Shown here in pieces: positions 58,401 to 64,000 of a stretch of DNA of 64,000 bases. The notes under the pieces are model-generated. The model did not search any database. It was not told where the DNA came from and saw only the letters and a list, made by a program, of their open reading frames with translations. How positions within the stretch are numbered: the first letter of the stretch is position 1; every line of letters begins with the position of its first letter. The stretch lies in assembly GCA_963800555.1 (NCBI GenBank), contig CAWDBH010000010.1:104603-168602 (forward strand), read 5' to 3'. A program made the translations under genes and the position numbers. The DNA comes from an uncultured Candidatus Micrarchaeota archaeon (GTDB taxonomy: Archaea; Micrarchaeota; Micrarchaeia; Anstonellales; Bilamarchaeaceae).

Positions 58401-58766
58401 ATGAAAAAACTCATGATATTGCTGGTTCTGGCGATTCTGCTCTTTGGCTGCACGCAGCAGCATGGGAGCATTACTACGAACACCACGAGCGGGAGTAACC
58501 AGAGCAACTTATCGGGTTCGGTGATCCCCGTAGAGATAAAAGGGTTCGCTTTCAATCCGGCCGAGATCACAGTTAAAAGGGGCCAGACCGTTCGCTGGAC
58601 GAACGATGACAGCGTACCTCATTCCGTCAAATTCGACTCCTTCCAATCCCCGACCCTTAGCAACGGGGACAGCTACGAGCACACGTTCACAGAAGCGCCC
58701 GGCGAGTATAATTATTCCTGCGCCATACACCCGTACATGACGGGCCAGATCATAGTCACACAGTGA
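58401..58766 (+). CDS. Cupredoxin (plastocyanin/amicyanin-like blue copper protein), probable lipoprotein
   Basis: Signal peptide plus lipobox LLFGC. Copper ligand pattern H...C..H....M (PHSV, YSCAIHPYM). Confidence 0.88.
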   Translation: MKKLMILLVLAILLFGCTQQHGSITTNTTSGSNQSNLSGSVIPVEIKGFAFNPAEITVKRGQTVRWTNDDSVPHSVKFDSFQSPTLSNGDSYEHTFTEAPGEYNYSCAIHPYMTGQIIVTQ

Positions 58767-58770
58767 TAAG

Positions 58771-58995
58771 ATGCTGCGCGACTTTGCATATTCTCTCCAG
58801 TTCGGGTTGCCAATCGTTGTATGGCTGGGGTTGATTGCCTTCGCATTATTCCTGGCAGCGGGGTTGGTAATCGCACTCAACAGTTACACCAGAATCAGGA
58901 TACCGATAAAGTGGCATATGCGCCTCGCGATAGCGGGCGTTACGGTGGCGTTGATTCACGCGATACTTGCGATATCGGCGTACATCAACATCTGA
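58771..58995 (+). CDS. Small two-TM membrane protein
   Basis: Two hydrophobic segments, 4 nt after the cupredoxin gene. Confidence 0.5.
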   Translation: MLRDFAYSLQFGLPIVVWLGLIAFALFLAAGLVIALNSYTRIRIPIKWHMRLAIAGVTVALIHAILAISAYINI

Positions 58996-59003
58996 GGGAT
59001 TGC

Positions 59004-59216
59004 ATGGATACTACGGACCTTAAGGCGAAGTGCGTTTGCGCCAGATGCCCCACATATGCCGAATGCATGCGTAAAGGCGGCGAGCTGCTCTTCTGCTTAG
59101 AGGACAAATCTTCATGCGAACTGGAGCGATATGGGTGCATATGCGAAGGGTGCCCGGTTGAGAAGCTGAATGGATTCAATGGCAGATATTTCTGCGTAAG
59201 CGGGAAGAAATCATAA
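59004..59216 (+). CDS. Small Cys-rich protein (DUF2769-like pattern)
   Basis: MDTTDLKAKCVCARCPTYAECM...CLEDKSSCELERYGCICEGCPV. Start at ATG 59004. Confidence 0.6.
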   Translation: MDTTDLKAKCVCARCPTYAECMRKGGELLFCLEDKSSCELERYGCICEGCPVEKLNGFNGRYFCVSGKKS

Positions 59217-59951
59217 TCTCATCAGGTTCCATTCATCTGCCGCGTATCGCGTTTTCGCCAGATCCCTCGCCCGAGTCATCTCAGAATCCGAAAGGCTCCC
59301 AAGATAAAACTCCTTCCCTCTGGTGAATCCAGAGACCATGGCTCCGTACGATTCATCCCATGAGACCATGCGCTGCTGCGAGATCGAAGTGACCCTTTCC
59401 TTCGCGATCTTGATCATTTTGTCCCTGATTTTCTCGTCCGATACTTTAAGAGCCGAGAACATGCGCTCGACATCAACCGCGTATAAGATGGTGCCGTGCT
59501 GGAGCAATACCCCGTTCCGCCTTGTCTGCGCATTCCCCGAGATCTTCTTCCCATTCACGATGATGTCGTTGATGGGCTTGAATTCGGAGTTAATACCGAT
59601 AAGTGCAAGGGAATCGATTATACAGCCGCATATCTGTCGATAGGATTCGAGTATATCCTTGGAGAACATGCTTTCCTTGGCGATGACGCTGTAGGTTATC
59701 TCGCCATCATGATAGACCGCGCCGCCGCCGGTCCTCCTTCTGACGACATCTATCCCCAACTCAGCGCAGTTCTTCCGATCCACTTCCTTATCCAGGCATT
59801 GGAAATACCCTATTGATACTGCGACGGGATCCCATCCGTAGAACCGTATCGTCGGTGACGCTCCGAGCGCAACTGCTTCGCTGATAGCCTCGTCTATGGC
59901 CATGTTCATGAAAGCATCGTTCTGCGAGTATTCGATGACACGCCACATCAT
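59211..59951 (-). CDS. lplA: Lipoate-protein ligase A, catalytic (N-terminal domain) subunit
   Basis: RRRTGGGAVYHD and the GKKISGNAQ lysine motif. Start at MMWRVIEY (59951). Confidence 0.88.
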   Translation of the reverse strand: MMWRVIEYSQNDAFMNMAIDEAISEAVALGASPTIRFYGWDPVAVSIGYFQCLDKEVDRKNCAELGIDVVRRRTGGGAVYHDGEITYSVIAKESMFSKDILESYRQICGCIIDSLALIGINSEFKPINDIIVNGKKISGNAQTRRNGVLLQHGTILYAVDVERMFSALKVSDEKIRDKMIKIAKERVTSISQQRMVSWDESYGAMVSGFTRGKEFYLGSLSDSEMTRARDLAKTRYAADEWNLMRL

Positions 59952-60232
59952 TTCGATACCGCCTTGGCGAATAACCTCGCTATGTCCTTGGCAGACACCC
60001 CGATCAGAGACGCGTCGCGTTTCTGGAGGCATTGCGCTACCCTAGATTCTATAGCAATCTCAGCAGAATCAAGCGGCAAACCTATGAGAGAATCTTCGAT
60101 ATCCTCTATAGAATCCTCTGGGTGGAGGAAGAAGTCGCCGCTTATCCTCACCCGATCGGCAGTGGTGCTATCGGTCGACCAGATCTCTATGCAGACCAGC
60201 TTGCCGCCAGCGATTTTTTCCTCGCACTGCAT
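59948..60232 (-). CDS. lplB: Lipoate-protein ligase C-terminal domain protein (LplB-like)
   Basis: GGKLVCIEI...ISGDFFLHPED pattern. Its stop overlaps the lplA start by 4 nt. This is the only credible part of track ORF 59948..60760. Confidence 0.7.
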   Translation of the reverse strand: MQCEEKIAGGKLVCIEIWSTDSTTADRVRISGDFFLHPEDSIEDIEDSLIGLPLDSAEIAIESRVAQCLQKRDASLIGVSAKDIARLFAKAVSK

Positions 60233-60311
60233 GATATGGATATCCGAGCGAATTCTATTAATAATTACCTCGCCAGCGGCGGGAGAGTTAAAAAAACATC
60301 GTCTCAGAACA

Positions 60312-61121
60312 ATGATAGTGGATGCTTTCGAGGTCAATGGCCGAACCTTCAAGGTGGTACGTGAAGCCAGCGGGAACAGGAACGCCTGGGCGCGCTTGCG
60401 AGACGATGTCCTCACGATTAGCATTCCTTCCCGATGGCCAGAATCCGAGAAAAAGCGCCTTGGAAATGAGCTTCTCTCGAAATCGATCAAGGCAATAGAG
60501 AAGGGGAAATGGACCGGAGAGACCACGAAAAAGGTCGAACTCCGCGATGGCCAGAGGGTCCAAGCGCTGGGGAGATGGATAAGCATCTCTTTCATATCCG
60601 GCAAAAGGTTCTGCGGGAAGACCAGGGGGGACCTGATCGAAATCATCATGGATGATACCCATCCTAGGAAGAACGAGAAGGCATCCGCGATCGCCAAGGA
60701 GCGCATAATCAAGATGCTGATGCCGGAAGTGCGAGAGAGGGTCGGACGGATAAACGCCATGCATTTTCAGTCATCCATCAAGCGCATCGTCGTGAGGGAT
60801 AACCTCAGCAGATGGGGGAGCTGCTCGCGCGACGGCTCTATAAGCCTCAATCTGCGGCTCCTTTTCATGCCCGAAGGCATCCTCGATTACGTGATAGTCC
60901 ATGAGCTCGCCCATACCAAATATCGGAGCCATGGCCCCCGTTTCTGGGCTCTGGTCGAAAAGGTCATGCCGGACCATGTGGAGAGAAGAAAATGGCTGAA
61001 GGAAAATGGATGGTCATATCCGAAAAACGATGAGATCGATGGTGTGGGCAAAGAGATGCTCGCAGCGAAGAGAGACGGCCAGCTTCGTATAGACGATTTC
61101 GTATACGAGGAGCCGTATTGA
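60312..61121 (+). CDS. M48-family (YgjP/DUF45-like) zinc metallopeptidase
   Basis: RWGSCS...YVIVHELAHTKYRSHG HExxH region. Start moved to MIVDAFEV (60312). Confidence 0.82.
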   Translation: MIVDAFEVNGRTFKVVREASGNRNAWARLRDDVLTISIPSRWPESEKKRLGNELLSKSIKAIEKGKWTGETTKKVELRDGQRVQALGRWISISFISGKRFCGKTRGDLIEIIMDDTHPRKNEKASAIAKERIIKMLMPEVRERVGRINAMHFQSSIKRIVVRDNLSRWGSCSRDGSISLNLRLLFMPEGILDYVIVHELAHTKYRSHGPRFWALVEKVMPDHVERRKWLKENGWSYPKNDEIDGVGKEMLAAKRDGQLRIDDFVYEEPY

Positions 61122-61130
61122 GGTGTGGGG

Positions 61131-61421
61131 ATGGATTATCCTGAAGAAACGATGACAACAGGAGCTAAGGGAAAGAAAGAAGCGCGGATCCTCAAGCGCG
61201 GCGGAAAAGATTTCATAATCTACGGATATTTCGATATCGGATCGGGCAGGATGCTGGAAAAATATTCCATCCTGATGAAACTTGAGGATAATGAGATAGA
61301 ACACTTGTTCATCATCCAGACGGCAGGCGGCAAGGAACTCGTCGTGAAACATGAGATAGAGAAAGGGCCTAAGAAGAGAGGCGTATTCAATGAGAAAACG
61401 GGCGCCATCGTCTATTTCTGA
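61131..61421 (+). CDS. Hypothetical protein (96 aa)
   Basis: ORF only. Confidence 0.45.
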   Translation: MDYPEETMTTGAKGKKEARILKRGGKDFIIYGYFDIGSGRMLEKYSILMKLEDNEIEHLFIIQTAGGKELVVKHEIEKGPKKRGVFNEKTGAIVYF

Positions 61422-61835
61422 TCACTCGCCGATTATCTTGATGAGCACCCGTTTGCTCCGCTGGCCGTCGAACTCGAAATAGAATATCTGCTCCCATGTG
61501 CCGAGATCGAGTTTGCCGTCCGTTATCGCCATGACGACCTGATGCCCGATCAATTGACGCCAGATATGCGCTGCCGCGTTGTCTTCGCCGCTGTCGTTAT
61601 GCCTATAATCAGCGCCATAGGGCACGAGCTTCTCGAGTATTCTGAGGTAGTCGCTATGGAGGCCGGATTCATTATCGTTCACGACAACCGCTGCCGTGAT
61701 GTGCATCGGGTTTATCAGAACCAGTCCTTCTTTCACTCCGCTTTCCCTGACCGCGTCAGCGACTTCATCCGTGATACGTTCTATCTGTATCTTCTTCCCG
61801 GTGTTCATCTTGAGATATCTTGTGAGCGATTTCAT
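61422..61835 (-). CDS. yjbQ: YjbQ/UPF0047 family (secondary thiamine-phosphate synthase) protein
   Basis: [15 protein letters not shown]...NAAAHI...[16 protein letters not shown]. Confidence 0.88.
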   Translation of the reverse strand: MKSLTRYLKMNTGKKIQIERITDEVADAVRESGVKEGLVLINPMHITAAVVVNDNESGLHSDYLRILEKLVPYGADYRHNDSGEDNAAAHIWRQLIGHQVVMAITDGKLDLGTWEQIFYFEFDGQRSKRVLIKIIGE

Positions 61836-61867
61836 TATTGGGTTTGGAATCGGAAGGATAAAAAAGA

Positions 61868-62017
61868 AGCCAGGTAAGGGAGATGTCCTCCCTCACAAGG
61901 GAATCGCGATTCCCTGGGATTTGAACCCCTCTACTCCGCTTTATGCTCGATCATCGACTTTTTTAGTCTCAGAAAAGCGAACTGCAGGCGGATGCATAGC
62001 CGATCTGCCAACCTGGC
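61868..62017 (-). tRNA. tRNA-Cys(GCA) interrupted by two introns (41 nt at 37/38; 38 nt at the T-loop/T-stem junction)
   Basis: Minus strand: GCCAGGT-TG-GCAG-ATCGGCT-ATGC-A-TCCGC-CTGCAG-[41]-A-GCGGA-GTAG-AGGGG-TTCAAAT-[38]-CCCTT-ACCTGGC-T. All stems pair after removal of the two insertions; U33, G37 and U73 are present. Confidence 0.85.
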
Positions 62018-62053
62018 TTCTTGGAAAAATAAAAGGATGAAAGGGTTTAAAAC

Positions 62054-63595
62054 TTAGAGCAGGTACCTGACGGCTTTGAGGTAAGCTTCAACGCTCGTGG
62101 TCACGATGTCATTGCCTTTGGCTGATGAACGGAGAGATTTGCCGTTCATATCCACAGTGACATCCACCCTGATGGGCGCATCGCTTCCACCGGTGATTGC
62201 ATCGACATGATATTTTATCAGTTTCGCCTGCTGATTCCCCAATGCGTTGTTCACGGCTTTTATCGCAGCATCCACAGGTCCGTCGCCTTCGGCAGACCCG
62301 CTTCTACGTTCCGCTCCATTGATCTTGAGCCAAACGAAAGCGGTTGGTGTGTTCTTGTTTCCGGTCGTTGCCTGAAGCTCATCGAGCACCAGCTTATCAT
62401 GGATGCCGGTGCCTTTGGCTTTCTCGACAAGCAGGAGGAAATCGGCATCGCTGACAACGTACCCGTCTTCTTCTTCCATCTGCCGCACGGCCTGAAGGAC
62501 TTCCGGGATTTTATCCTCGTCAAGCTCCACGCCGAGCTCTATGAGCTTCATCTTAATGCTTCCCTTGCCGGATAGTTTGCCGAGCGAAAGCCGGTGTTTT
62601 TGGCCAACAAGTGCCGGGTCATAAGGCGAATACATATCCCATCCTTTGTTCAGGCCGTCGTGGTGTATGCCCGCATCATGCAGGAACGCGAACTCCCCGA
62701 CTATCGGCATGTTCTTGGCTGGTTGTATCCTAGATGCTGCCGCAACAATCGCGGATATCTCCAGGATACTTTTGAGGTTGACTGTGTATATTCCATATTT
62801 CTCCTGGAGCGTGAGCGCGACCTGCTCTATGGGGCAGTTGCCAGTACGCTCCCCTAAGCCATTTATCGTGCCATGGAATCGGTCAGCCCCTGCACGGAGC
62901 GCCTCCAATGTGTTGGCTGTCGCAAGCCCCCGGTCGTTGTGGCCGTGGAACGAGAGATGATCTGGGCCGCCATCCTTGAGATAATTGAAGAGCGCGTATG
63001 TCTCAGCTGGAGTGAACACTCCGAGCGTATCGCAAACGCAGAAGCATTCCACACCAATCTTATGTGCTTCCAGGGAAACGAGTTTGAGGAAATCCGGGTC
63101 GGCTCTGCTGGCATCTTCTGCAAGGAGCTCGACCGTGAGTCTTCGGCTGAGCGCATATTCAACGGATTTGAGTATAGTTGCCAAGGCTTTCTGGTGGAAC
63201 TCGGTATCGCCAGACCTCAGCTTCAGTTTTTTCTCTATGTGGAGATCCGAAGCTGGGAAAACAAGGCTTACCCTTCCTGCTCCGGCTTCGATGACTGCGT
63301 CCACATCCTCGTTCCTGATCCTCGCGAAAGACGAGACGTCCTTGTTCGAACTGAGCGCCTCGCACACGAGGCCTATGGCATCCTTCTCAGACTTGCCGTT
63401 TATCGCGCTGCCGGCTTCTATGATATCTGCGCCGAACCGTTTGAGCTCCTTTGCGAGCGCGGCTTTCACAGCTGGCTTGAAGACCACGCCCGGGGTCTGT
63501 TCGCCATCGCGCAAAGTCGTATCCAATACTTGAATCTTCTTTACAAAATGAGTCTCTACTTTCAACGCATTCACTTTTTCCTTACTGGATTTCAA
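62054..63595 (-). CDS. 2-isopropylmalate synthase / (R)-citramalate synthase family
   Basis: LDTTLRDGEQ, HGHNDRGLATANTL, and the C-terminal LeuA-type regulatory domain. Confidence 0.9.
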   Translation of the reverse strand: MKSSKEKVNALKVETHFVKKIQVLDTTLRDGEQTPGVVFKPAVKAALAKELKRFGADIIEAGSAINGKSEKDAIGLVCEALSSNKDVSSFARIRNEDVDAVIEAGAGRVSLVFPASDLHIEKKLKLRSGDTEFHQKALATILKSVEYALSRRLTVELLAEDASRADPDFLKLVSLEAHKIGVECFCVCDTLGVFTPAETYALFNYLKDGGPDHLSFHGHNDRGLATANTLEALRAGADRFHGTINGLGERTGNCPIEQVALTLQEKYGIYTVNLKSILEISAIVAAASRIQPAKNMPIVGEFAFLHDAGIHHDGLNKGWDMYSPYDPALVGQKHRLSLGKLSGKGSIKMKLIELGVELDEDKIPEVLQAVRQMEEEDGYVVSDADFLLLVEKAKGTGIHDKLVLDELQATTGNKNTPTAFVWLKINGAERRSGSAEGDGPVDAAIKAVNNALGNQQAKLIKYHVDAITGGSDAPIRVDVTVDMNGKSLRSSAKGNDIVTTSVEAYLKAVRYLL

Positions 63596-63712
63596 AACAC
63601 CCGGTCATATTTTTCACCCCATACGCTGCGGTCCATCCGAAGCGTGTGTATGTTCGGAGTTAAATGAGTAAGGAAAGGTTTTAAATCGCTATCGCAGGTT
63701 TATTACTCACAA

Positions 63713-63839
63713 GGGCCTGTAGCTCAGTTTCTTTTTGCTATTTTTTGCCTTATAGGGCAAAAACGCAAAATATAGAGCAACTTGGTAGAGCGTCGGACTT
63801 TTAATCCGCAGGCCGAGGGTTCAAATCCCTCCAGGCCCG
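63713..63839 (+). tRNA. tRNA-Lys(UUU) with a ~54-nt intron in the D-loop
   Basis: GGGCCTG-TA-GCTC-AG-[54]-TTGGTA-GAGC-G-TCGGA-CTTTTAA-TCCGC-AGGCC-GAGGG-TTCAAAT-CCCTC-CAGGCCC-G. Confidence 0.85.
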
Positions 63840-63901
63840 TTTTCCCTTTTTCATCGCCCGGACATAACTAATTTTAATCGCTTTCAGGCATATCATTATC
63901 C

Positions 63902-64000
63902 ATGCTGACGACAAAACTTTCCAAACTGAGCCCGGAATTGCTGGAAGAATTCATCGAGCTGGGCAAAGCGCTCGACATGGAGGTCACGACCGATACCCGG
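63902..64000 (+). CDS. Hypothetical protein, 3'-truncated by the window edge
   Basis: ATG at 63902; the frame is open to the end of the window (MLTTKLSKLSPELLEEFIELGKALDMEVTTDT). Confidence 0.35.
   Translation, partial: MLTTKLSKLSPELLEEFIELGKALDMEVTTDTR

Noticed and set aside
59964-60311. N-terminal 116 codons of the 385-aa plus-strand ORF, and the 60233-60760 part of the 270-aa minus-strand ORF
   Set aside because: The recognisable protein signals switch strand at about 60232-60312. LplB is on the minus strand below that point and the M48 peptidase is on the plus strand above it. The remaining portions are read-through shadows.

Overview
The window is a gene-dense archaeal chromosomal segment. 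Archaeal calls rest on the 16S rRNA termini, diphthine synthase, deoxyhypusine synthase, bifunctional FBP aldolase/phosphatase, ABCE1, an archaeal-type GluRS and bulge-helix-bulge RNA processing signals. An orphan 16S gene, heavily intron-interrupted tRNAs and a lipoate-dependent 2-oxoacid dehydrogenase complex suggest a small-genome lineage such as Micrarchaeota or a Thermoplasmata relative; I cannot verify this without a database search.

I support about 80 protein genes on both strands.
- **Housekeeping and metabolism:** cyclophilin, TspO, Bcp, PEBP, SDR, an ABC-2 exporter, VapBC, class III and class IV aminotransferases, NSUN-type RNA methyltransferase, a Y-family polymerase, class II RNR, IlvE, LeuA/CimA, YjbQ and an M48 peptidase.
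- **Lipoate system:** LipA followed by E1alpha, E1beta, E2 and E3, with a split LplA/LplB ligase about 6 kb away.
- **RNA genes:** one 16S rRNA with its own bulge-helix-bulge processing stem and no 23S nearby. Three tRNA genes were found by eye, all intron-containing: Pro has one intron, Cys has two (one in the T-arm), and Lys has one in the D-loop.

The most unusual content, all unexplained by families I recognise:
1. A 1310-aa repeat protein translationally coupled to a small helical protein. It carries perfect 66-bp tandem repeats encoding RPLPPPP, Trp-acidic repeats and six ~40-aa helical modules.
2. A 655-aa signal-anchored protein that combines a beta-barrel-like aromatic/Gly-rich region with a transglutaminase-like Cys-His-Asp domain. 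Two small lysine-rich proteins follow it.
3. A tight three-gene operon of unknowns next to a visibly AT-rich island. One gene encodes a DUF5678-like plus degenerate HAD-like protein. The island contains palindromic TTAGAAATTCTAA sites and GGTTTA iteron-like repeats.
4. A four-gene operon encoding a divergent class IV PLP enzyme, a short citrate-synthase/citryl-CoA-lyase-like protein, a UbiA prenyltransferase and a V4R protein.

There is no CRISPR array, integrase or transposase. Several long ORFs in the track are antisense shadows of conserved genes and were rejected.
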